A stretch of 35,865 bases of DNA from a virus (taxonomy: Duplodnaviria > Caudoviricetes). Positions within the stretch are counted from its first letter, which is position 1; the number at the start of each line of letters is the position of its first letter. Location: the IMG/VR virus record IMGVR_UViG_3300048858_000109, positions 1 to 35,865 of that record. The stretch is one strand, 5' to 3'. Made by a program: the position numbers and the translations under genes. This document shows, one piece after another, positions 26,192 to 33,300 of this stretch. Under the pieces are notes generated by a model. It was given only the letters and a program-made list of their open reading frames with translations, was not told where the DNA came from and searched no databases.

Positions 26192-26539
26192 ATGCATCAG
26201 ACAATCAGTCAGCGTCGGGCCATCCTCGAAGCCCTGCGCCAGCGCTGCACGCTTTCCACCGCCGAGTTCTACAACAAGGTGGATCGCCTCAATCCGGCGC
26301 CCCTTCATCGCTTCAACGTCATCCCGAACGGCAACAACCAGTTCGGCGTGGTCGAGCGCGAAAGCGGTATCGTCCACCAGGTGTGCACCGGTCACGGCGC
26401 GGCCTGCAAAGCAGCTCAACGTCTGGAGACCGCGCCGACGGCAAAAGCGAAGGCCGGTTTCGCTACGCTGATGCTTCGCTGGACCGGAGTCTTCTGCGTG
26501 GGCGTGCTGATGTTCGCCTTCTACGGTGCTCAGCCATGA
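26192..26539 (+). CDS. Hypothetical phage protein with a C-terminal TM helix
   Basis: SD GGAG; MHQTISQRRAILEALRQR...; hydrophobic C-terminus; ATGA overlap with the next gene. Confidence 0.75.
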   Translation: MHQTISQRRAILEALRQRCTLSTAEFYNKVDRLNPAPLHRFNVIPNGNNQFGVVERESGIVHQVCTGHGAACKAAQRLETAPTAKAKAGFATLMLRWTGVFCVGVLMFAFYGAQP

Positions 26540-27111
26540 TCAGCATGGAGCTGAGCACGGTTCAGCAAAACACAGCACGCTCCGCCGATCTCGCCCAGGC
26601 AACGGCGGCGTTCCTCGCAACAGGCGGCAGCATCCGCACGCTTGAAGGCCCGGTGTTCAGGCCCAAGCCGGAGGCCAAACCATACGGGCGCCAGACTGCC
26701 CCGCTGCCCAAGCTCAAGCCCAAGCGCGCCAAAACTCAGGTGCGCCGCGCGAGCAGCCTGCGCACAGAAGTGAATGACGCACTGCTGCAGCAGATCCGGG
26801 ATCTCGCTCCGGTGTCCAGCAAGATGAAGGTCGAGCGGGAAACCGGAATCAGCCGGTACCTACTGAACCGTCTGGCGAAAGAGCACGGCTTCGAATTCAA
26901 GAAGCACGATCCCAACCCAAACCTGAGGCCGCCAACCATCGACCCGGTCGCTGACGCGCTGAATGTCTTGCGAGTCAAAGCGCTTCGGGATCAGGGGTTG
27001 GCTCGAAAGCAGGCCGCCGCCGCAATGGGTGTCAGTCATAACCTGGTCGCTCGGCTGATCCGAGACTACGCCATCGACTTTCCTACCCGGCAACCGGGCA
27101 AACGTCGTTGA
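26536..27111 (+). CDS. Putative transcription factor: SutA-like N-terminal motif plus C-terminal HTH-like segments
   Basis: Start at ATG 26536 (ATGA overlap); LAQATAAFLATGGSIRTLE motif; HTH-like ARKQAAAAMGVSHNLVARL. Confidence 0.7.
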   Translation: MISMELSTVQQNTARSADLAQATAAFLATGGSIRTLEGPVFRPKPEAKPYGRQTAPLPKLKPKRAKTQVRRASSLRTEVNDALLQQIRDLAPVSSKMKVERETGISRYLLNRLAKEHGFEFKKHDPNPNLRPPTIDPVADALNVLRVKALRDQGLARKQAAAAMGVSHNLVARLIRDYAIDFPTRQPGKRR

Positions 27112-27202
27112 GGCGCTATCAGTCCCGCGCAAACCAACGACGGCGCCCTCTTCAACTCAACATTCCACCCAGCGGCCTACGCGCCGATCAGGAGTCTTCG
27201 CT

Positions 27203-27550
27203 ATGCCAACCCCAACTGATACCGCCGAGTTCCTTGAAGAACTCAACGGCGGCGCCTTCGCCAGCCAGATCGGCCACGCCCTTTCCGAAGTCGCAGCCGG
27301 TGTCGTAGACCACGGCAAAGCCGGGAAGCTGGTCATTACCTTGGACTTCAGCCAGATCGGCGAGTCCAGCCAGGTAAAGATCAAGCACAAGCTCGACTAC
27401 AAGGTGCCGACCAAGCGCGGTACCCGCAGTGAGAACACCAGCCTCGACACGCCGATGCACGTCGGCGCTGGCGGCAAGATCTCGCTGTTCGCCGAGAAGC
27501 ACGACCAGCTGTTCACCCGCGAACAGGCCCCCATCGTTCCCCGCACCTGA
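27203..27550 (+). CDS. Conserved phage protein upstream of DUF2303 (YfdP-like)
   Basis: SD AGGAG; FLEELNGGAF...GKLVITLD...HKLDYKVPT.RG...E....TPMHV..GG pattern; synteny with a YfdQ-like gene. Confidence 0.75.
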   Translation: MPTPTDTAEFLEELNGGAFASQIGHALSEVAAGVVDHGKAGKLVITLDFSQIGESSQVKIKHKLDYKVPTKRGTRSENTSLDTPMHVGAGGKISLFAEKHDQLFTREQAPIVPRT

Positions 27551-27574
27551 TCCCCTCCCCCACGAGACTGAACC

Positions 27575-28390
27575 ATGTCCCTGAGCAAAGAAGCGATTCA
27601 ACTGATCACTGACACCGCGCTGCAAGCATCCGGTAAGGAGCTTGAAACCGACACGCCTGCCGTCGTGCTGCCCGAAGGCTGTCAAATCGTTACCCTAGAG
27701 AAGTGGCAGGCAGGCCGTAGCCGCTTCCGCGGCATCTACTCGACCCACTCACTGGCCGACTTCACAGCGTACACCGCTGGCCGGGCCATCCCGGCAGCAA
27801 AGGGGTTCATCGATCAGGACGAAATGACCTGCACCATCTTGTTCAACCTCGGCGACGACGCGGATCCGGGCCATGCTGATGACCGCGCTGTGCTGCGTCT
27901 GAAAGCGTCGGCAGGCTATAAGGCAGCCCAAGCGATCACCGGGCGGGCGATGAGCCAGAAAGACCTGAGCGACTGGATCGAGGACTGGCACCAGTACCTA
28001 ACGGCTGTCGACGAGGCAGGTCAAGCCATGGGAATCTCGAAGGCTATCGCTGCGGTGCGCACCATCACGGTGAAGGCGGCCAGCGAGTCCGATCACACTG
28101 TAAGCGAGACCAGCGCCAGCCGCAGCACCATGGACCAGATCGAAGCGCGAAGCAAAGAGACGCTGCCAACCAGCCTGCTGTTCAGCGTCGTGCCATATGA
28201 AGGCTTGACCGAGCAGCAGATTCAACTCCGCCTGTCAGTGATCACCAGCGGTTCGCAACCCGCGCTCAAGCTGCGCTGGGTCGGGGAAGAAGTGCAGCGC
28301 GAAGATATCGCGCAGGAATTTAAGGCTGTGCTGCAGGATAAGATCGGCGCGACCGCTTATCTTGTGCTTGGATCTTTTGATCCAAAGTAG
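27575..28390 (+). CDS. DUF2303 / YfdQ-family protein
   Basis: RSRFRG.Y.T.S..DF, FNLG....PGH.D, QKDLSDWIEDW and PYEGL motifs. Confidence 0.85.
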   Translation: MSLSKEAIQLITDTALQASGKELETDTPAVVLPEGCQIVTLEKWQAGRSRFRGIYSTHSLADFTAYTAGRAIPAAKGFIDQDEMTCTILFNLGDDADPGHADDRAVLRLKASAGYKAAQAITGRAMSQKDLSDWIEDWHQYLTAVDEAGQAMGISKAIAAVRTITVKAASESDHTVSETSASRSTMDQIEARSKETLPTSLLFSVVPYEGLTEQQIQLRLSVITSGSQPALKLRWVGEEVQREDIAQEFKAVLQDKIGATAYLVLGSFDPK

Positions 28391-28400
28391 AAATGAAGCG

Positions 28401-28429
28401 TGGATCCTGCTTACACTCAGCAGGATCCA
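28401..28429. terminator. 11-bp perfect hairpin between convergent genes
   Basis: TGGATCCTGCT-TACACTC-AGCAGGATCCA; no clear U-tail. Confidence 0.45.
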
Positions 28430-28619
28430 ACCGACGACTCAACACCTAAGAGAAATTTTGCGGGAATAACGCTTGAAACCGATCAAAATCCGCAGAACTG
28501 ATAATCAGGTAACCGTCCGATCAAAGTTACGAGCATGCAGACACAGGTCAAAGATATGACTGGGAGCTTTCACCCTTTCATATCCTAACGCCTCGACCAC
28601 TTCATGGCCCGCAAACTCT

Positions 28620-28931
28620 CTAAATATCAGAATCGGGGAGTTTTTTAACCCTGCCCCTCTGACCTGGATCTACGATACCGTCAAACACAGACTTGACTAG
28701 ACCCTTACCAAACTCGCCGAAGCTTGATTGCATAACCGCTAAGAAATCCATGGTCTGTTTGGCAGGCCCCACGAACGTCCAGGTACACTCGTCAAAGGTG
28801 CATGTATCCAGAACAACGGGGCCCTCACCGCCATATTCTATTATGCAACGCGTGAAGGTGCAGTTTTTATACCGCGCCTTATCAATTCTAATATTTTTTT
28901 CTACAAACGTGTTTCCATCAACGCTAATCAT
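28620..28931 (-). CDS. Moron gene 2: small protein with repeated (N/T/E)C(T/I)(F/I/W) units (short beta-helix-like)
   Basis: YKNCTFTRCII...LDTCTFDECTW; AT-rich; ATGA-coupled to the upstream gene. Confidence 0.8.
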   Translation of the reverse strand: MISVDGNTFVEKNIRIDKARYKNCTFTRCIIEYGGEGPVVLDTCTFDECTWTFVGPAKQTMDFLAVMQSSFGEFGKGLVKSVFDGIVDPGQRGRVKKLPDSDI

Positions 28932-29239
28932 ATCGAAACCTTGCTGTCACCAAATGAACTATTAGACACGACAACATCGTTTAACTGACTCGAAGCCAAA
29001 CTAACAAATGATTCGTCATTCTGATAATCGCTTGGAGCATATAAAACCTTGTGATTAAAGTTCAATGTCAAAAAGAATGTTAACACCAAGGCCGTTGGAA
29101 ACAACATCAAAAACCATACATATACCTCTTGGACGCTAGGCTGCAAGAAAGGCAATACGGTAGTTGATCCAACCTCAACAATACCGGCAAATATCGCAAT
29201 AATGGTTAATGGATTTTTGATCGTAGCAGAAAGCGCCAA
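28928..29239 (-). CDS. Moron gene 1: two-TM membrane protein
   Basis: TTG start with SD GGGGAG; NPLTIIAIFAGIVE...VWFLMLFPTALVLTFFLTLNFNHKVLYAPSDY; AT-rich; antisense to the pL operon. Confidence 0.8.
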   Translation of the reverse strand: MALSATIKNPLTIIAIFAGIVEVGSTTVLPFLQPSVQEVYVWFLMLFPTALVLTFFLTLNFNHKVLYAPSDYQNDESFVSLASSQLNDVVVSNSSFGDSKVSI

Positions 29240-29453
29240 TGAATATCTCCCCTACAGCACCCCATCCCAAGGGGCCATAGTATCTGAATGCTGGAGTTCA
29301 TACACCTGTTGATGCTAGCGACGGTTTTACCGCTTGCCTCTTGCAGCAAATGTTCTCCCGTTTGAGCTTTCACCGGTCGGTCAGCCCTAATCAGTACGCC
29401 ACTCAATGAATCACGCCAGCCCGGCATCGACCGCGGCTGCCTGGAGTTTTCGC

Positions 29454-29675
29454 ATGAGCATAACTATCAACGTCCGCATGCGCAGTGGCGCTCACCACGC
29501 CCGGGCGATGCGCCTCGGGGTCACCGCCAGCAGCGCCGAAGGTGCTCATGTGGCAGCGCGTGCCGTCTGCCGAAAGCTTGGGGTATCGCCGTCGAACCTG
29601 GAACAGCGGAAGACAAGTCCAGAACTTGTGGTCTTCACGCATCCCGGCAGCCCTGGCGAGGATGCACCCACATGA
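29454..29675 (+). CDS. Hypothetical phage protein
   Basis: SD GGAG before the ATG at 29454; ATGA overlap with the next gene. Confidence 0.7.
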   Translation: MSITINVRMRSGAHHARAMRLGVTASSAEGAHVAARAVCRKLGVSPSNLEQRKTSPELVVFTHPGSPGEDAPT

Positions 29676-30391
29676 ATCCCATCGCTCTACGGGCGCTTGA
29701 AAGCGCAAGGCAGCGGGTATCAGCCTGTGTCAATCGGCACGCCCGTTCCAGGCGACTCTGGTCCGACCAAGACACTGATCGGCTGCGAGAGCTTTATCCG
29801 GACACGCCGATGCCTGAACTGGTCAAGACGCTTCGGCGGCCCGAGCATTCCATCTATGGCAAGGCCCACGCTTTGGGCTTGAAACGAAGCGACGCCTACC
29901 TTGCCAGCGAGCACGCCTGCCGCCTACGGCGAGAGAACAACCCCGGCGTCGGCAGCCGATTCCGAAAAGGCGAAACGTCCTGGAATAAAGGTATCAGCTA
30001 CGTCGCGGGCGGGCGCTCAGCGGAAACGCGGTTCAGCCCCGGCACAATGCCGCACAACCACGTACCTGTCGGCACGGAACGGGTAACAGACGACGGCATC
30101 CGACAGCGCAAGGTACGTGACGACGGACCGGCGTATCGCCGCTGGAAGTCGGTGCACGCCATCACTTGGGAACAGGCTTATGGCCCAATCCCGCCCGGCC
30201 ACCTGGTGGTGTTCCGGGATCGTAACCCCAAGCACATCGAGCTCGACAACCTGGAGCTGGTGAGCCGCGCCGAGAACATGCGGCGCAACACCATTCACCG
30301 GTATCCACCGGAACTCAAATCAACCATCCGCCAGCTTGCCAAACTCAAGCGTGCGATCAGTGAGGCCTCTCATGAAAAACAAAATGACTGA
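29672..30391 (+). CDS. HNH endonuclease-family protein
   Basis: RFRKGETSWNKG, VH...W....GPIPPGH.V.F.D.N......NLELVSRAENM motif. Confidence 0.85.
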   Translation: MNPIALRALESARQRVSACVNRHARSRRLWSDQDTDRLRELYPDTPMPELVKTLRRPEHSIYGKAHALGLKRSDAYLASEHACRLRRENNPGVGSRFRKGETSWNKGISYVAGGRSAETRFSPGTMPHNHVPVGTERVTDDGIRQRKVRDDGPAYRRWKSVHAITWEQAYGPIPPGHLVVFRDRNPKHIELDNLELVSRAENMRRNTIHRYPPELKSTIRQLAKLKRAISEASHEKQND

Positions 30392-30614
30392 CCTGCGCAA
30401 TCACCTCTTCGCCACGCTCGAAGCGCTGCAGGATCCTGACAAGCCCATGGACATCGAGCGAGCGAAAGCGATCGCCGATGTTGGCAGGGTGCTGGTCGAC
30501 TCGGCGAAGGTGGAGGTGATGTTCATCAATGCAATGGATGGCGATGTTAGAGGGACTGGCTTTATCGAGTCCGAGCGAGAGCTTCCCGCCCCGTCCATGA
30601 CGCGGGTGCAGTGA
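30372..30614 (+). CDS. Conserved small protein accompanying the HNH gene
   Basis: MKNKMTDLRNHLFATLEALQD...ERAKAI..V...LVDSAKVEV; SD GAGG. Confidence 0.8.
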   Translation: MKNKMTDLRNHLFATLEALQDPDKPMDIERAKAIADVGRVLVDSAKVEVMFINAMDGDVRGTGFIESERELPAPSMTRVQ

Positions 30615-30706
30615 CGCCCACACCAACCACCAAGCCTGCTCGCAGAAGCGTCAGGCCCGCTATGCGCGCGGTGCAAAACGAGCTGCTTGGCTCATGGATC
30701 CGCACA

Positions 30707-30724
30707 GGAGTACATCTGTACTCC
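30707..30724. promoter_or_regulatory. Perfect palindrome, LexA2-box-like
   Basis: GGAGTACA-TC-TGTACTCC (GTAC-N4-GTAC core). Confidence 0.4.
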
Positions 30725-30781
30725 AGCCACATAAACCCTTCCTTTACTGACTGCTGCGCGAGGCGCGGCGAGGACGAAGTC

Positions 30782-31111
30782 ATGCCTGAAGTTAAAGAAC
30801 TGATCCAGCCTGCTCCCGTGGTTCGCGATGAATACGGAATGTTCCAGCATCCTGATATGCCGGACTTCGACGAAGGCGACGAAGAGAAATGCAAGATCTG
30901 GATCGCCGACCAAGGCCTTCAAGTGAAGATGGTCAGCCTTGAATACCACAGCGACGAAGCTGTCTCGGAACGATATTTCGAGGCTGGCGAACCTGATTGC
31001 AGCTACTGGGAGCCGGACATGCCGGATGGTGAAGGCTGGTTCTGCCTGGCTATCCATGACGCGGATGACGGCCCGGTCTGCTGGTGGGCACGCCGAGTGG
31101 TGGCGCTATGA
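30782..31111 (+). CDS. Acidic hypothetical phage protein
   Basis: SD GAGGA before ATG 30782; VVRDEYGMFQHP...WEP..PDGEGWF..AIHD.DDGPVCWW. Confidence 0.8.
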   Translation: MPEVKELIQPAPVVRDEYGMFQHPDMPDFDEGDEEKCKIWIADQGLQVKMVSLEYHSDEAVSERYFEAGEPDCSYWEPDMPDGEGWFCLAIHDADDGPVCWWARRVVAL

Positions 31112-31350
31112 TTGACGCCACCTCATACGGGAAAGGGCTGTGGCTACTGCTTGCCCCCACGTTTGACCAAGCAACCACCCTGGATGGATTCGGTCAGCAC
31201 CCGGAAAAGGCAAAAGCCTACGCCGGCTTCATCTCAGCTGCTTGCGGCGCGATGTTTGCCGAGGTTGGCCATGCAACGACGCTGCAGCTGTTGGCAGCTA
31301 TCGCCCAGCACGTAGACAAAATTCATTCCGGTTCTGGTGCACCGCACTGA
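31108..31350 (+). CDS. Hypothetical phage protein
   Basis: ATGA overlap upstream and TGATG overlap downstream. Confidence 0.7.
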   Translation: MIDATSYGKGLWLLLAPTFDQATTLDGFGQHPEKAKAYAGFISAACGAMFAEVGHATTLQLLAAIAQHVDKIHSGSGAPH

Positions 31351-31583
31351 TGGCCCGCTTTATTGCCGTCATCCACGGCTGGCACGTCCACAGCAGAGGC
31401 TTCACGGTCCGCGAACTCACGGCCGAAACCGCTGGCGAAGCCGCGCGGCAAGCGTGCTGGATCAAGGATCAACGCGAAGACACATTCGATCGCTGCGCTT
31501 ACACGATCATCGAGATCGAACCGGGCGAGCGGCTGTCCCGGCGACTGACGTGGCGTGAGCGCATCACCGGGCGAACCTCCTGA
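31350..31583 (+). CDS. Hypothetical phage protein
   Basis: MARFIAVIHGW...RRLTWRERITG; translationally coupled. Confidence 0.7.
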   Translation: MARFIAVIHGWHVHSRGFTVRELTAETAGEAARQACWIKDQREDTFDRCAYTIIEIEPGERLSRRLTWRERITGRTS

Positions 31584-31633
31584 TCCCATCTTCTATCTGA
31601 GCCTGCCGGTGGTCGGCGGGCGGAGCTCTGCCT

Positions 31634-32026
31634 ATGAAAGCACTTTCAATACGCCAGCCTTGGGCTTGGCTGATTATCCACGGCGGGAAGGACATCGAGA
31701 ACCGCACTTGGCATACGAAGCTCCGCGGACGCTTCCTTGTGCATGCGTCCAAGGGCATGACCCGCGCCGAGTACGTCGATGCGCTCGAAGTGGTTGTGCG
31801 GTCCGCGCACATCGACGTGCTGCGCAACTTCCCAATGTTCGATGACCTACAGCGCGGCGGCATCATCGGCTCTGTCGAGCTGGTGGACAGCGTCGATACC
31901 AGCGATTCGCCCTGGTACATGGGCCAAAAAGGGTTCGTGCTGCGCGACCCTCAGCCGCTGCAATTCGTACCACTCAAAGGCAAGCTCAATTTCTTCCCAG
32001 TGCCTGAAGGTCTGATCACCGAATAA
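31634..32026 (+). CDS. ASCH-domain protein
   Basis: MKALSIRQPWAWLIIHGGKDIENRTW..K.RG.FLVHAS (GxKxxExR motif). Confidence 0.92.
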   Translation: MKALSIRQPWAWLIIHGGKDIENRTWHTKLRGRFLVHASKGMTRAEYVDALEVVVRSAHIDVLRNFPMFDDLQRGGIIGSVELVDSVDTSDSPWYMGQKGFVLRDPQPLQFVPLKGKLNFFPVPEGLITE

Positions 32027-32062
32027 CCCCTTCTGCCGCCGAGCGCGGCCCGGAGCATATCC

Positions 32063-32257
32063 ATGTTCATGACACCGGATGAAGTAGCCGACATGACTGG
32101 CTATCTAAGGCCAAAGGAACAGGTCAAGTGGTTGCAAGCCGAACGGTTCGGGTTTGTGATCGGCGCAGACGGCAGGCCGAAAGTCCTGCGTCAGGTGGTA
32201 GTCGCCCGGCTGGGCGGGATCGCCGAAAGGAAAGGACCAGAGCTGAGGCTCGGATAA
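32063..32257 (+). CDS. DUF4224-like putative excisionase
   Basis: FMTPDEVADMTGY..P..Q..WL.......V....GRP.V pattern; directly upstream of the integrase. Confidence 0.8.
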   Translation: MFMTPDEVADMTGYLRPKEQVKWLQAERFGFVIGADGRPKVLRQVVVARLGGIAERKGPELRLG

Positions 32258-32269
32258 GGAACGCGACCG

Positions 32270-33247
32270 ATGAGGCCGAGAAAAAAAGACCGGCATTTGC
32301 CCGCGTGCATGTATCTCAAGCACGGGGCCTATTACCTGGTGAGGAAGGGAAAGTGGGAGCGCCTGGATAGCGACTTCCAAGGTGCGCTTCTGGCGTATGC
32401 CAAGATTGTGGGCGGCAAGGGGCACGGCGGAATGCCTGGGCTGATCGATGAAGCGCTGGACGCCATGCGCCATCGACTGGCCGGCAACACGGTCAAGCAG
32501 TATGAAGCGGCTGCCGAACGACTGAAAACCTACCTGGCTGAATTTGAACCGCGCCAAGTCCTGCCGCGCCATGTTGCGGCGCTGAAGCTGCACATGGCGG
32601 ACACGCCGAACATGTCGAACCGGGTCGTCTCGTTCCTGCGCATGGTGTTTGCCTACGCGCTGGAGCGCCAGCTGGTGGACTCAAATCCTTGCACCGGCAT
32701 TCGTCGACACGCGGAGAAGAAACGCGATCGCTACCTCAGCGACGCCGAGTTCGCAGCGATCTGCGCCCACTCGTCTGAATACATGCGCTCAATATGGGAG
32801 ATGTGTTTCCTGACAGGGCAGCGGATAAGCGATGTGCTGAACATCCGGCTCGCCGACATTTCAGACCAGGGCATTGCGTTTGAACAGCAAAAGACGGGGG
32901 CCAAGCTGATCGTCGGTATGACACCTGACCTCGCCGAGCTACTGGAGCGCATCCACGCCCTGCCACGAAAGGTGCGAGGCCTCACTCTGTTCTGCACCCG
33001 CGGCGGCGGTAAGCCGGTCTCCTACGCCACCTGCAAGGATGCGTTCAGGAAGGCGTGCAACTCAGCGGGTGTAAAAGGTGCAACCATCCACGACCTCCGG
33101 GCGAAGTCGCTGACCGATACTGATCGTCAGGGTAACAACGCTCAAAAGCTGGGCGGACATTCCGACGCACGGATGACGCAACGGTACCTCAGGCTGCGTG
33201 AAATCGACGTGGCACAGCCACCGGCAATGCCACGGAAAAGCCTGTAA
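32270..33247 (+). CDS. int: Phage integrase (tyrosine recombinase)
   Basis: Catalytic R (TGQRISD), K (QQKTG), HDLR, H (GGHS) and Y (TQRY); located at the prophage end. Confidence 0.93.
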   Translation: MRPRKKDRHLPACMYLKHGAYYLVRKGKWERLDSDFQGALLAYAKIVGGKGHGGMPGLIDEALDAMRHRLAGNTVKQYEAAAERLKTYLAEFEPRQVLPRHVAALKLHMADTPNMSNRVVSFLRMVFAYALERQLVDSNPCTGIRRHAEKKRDRYLSDAEFAAICAHSSEYMRSIWEMCFLTGQRISDVLNIRLADISDQGIAFEQQKTGAKLIVGMTPDLAELLERIHALPRKVRGLTLFCTRGGGKPVSYATCKDAFRKACNSAGVKGATIHDLRAKSLTDTDRQGNNAQKLGGHSDARMTQRYLRLREIDVAQPPAMPRKSL

Positions 33248-33278
33248 TATTAGACAATTTGCCATTGTCTAATAGACA
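33248..33278. repeat. Inverted/direct repeats in the att arm (candidate integrase arm-type sites)
   Basis: TATTAGACAAT-ttgcc-ATTGTCTAATA (perfect 11-bp inverted repeat), with TAGACA repeated again at 33273-33278. Confidence 0.6.
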
Positions 33279-33300
33279 CATAGCGTCAGGGCCCTGATTA

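Noticed and set aside
26059-26535. N-terminal extension of the 350-aa ORF 26059..27111
   Set aside because: It overlaps structured RNA and the real gene 26192..26539; the ATGA-coupled start at 26536 is far more plausible.
27108-27308. 66-aa Arg-rich ORF overlapping the YfdP-like gene
   Set aside because: The first ~30 codons could be a real coupled mini-gene, but the frame overlaps the next gene by over 100 bp and nothing else supports it.
1-33300. Diversity-generating retroelement, retron, toxin-antitoxin pair, DNA methyltransferase or IS element
   Set aside because: No reverse transcriptase, transposase, methyltransferase or recognisable TA motifs in any ORF of the window.
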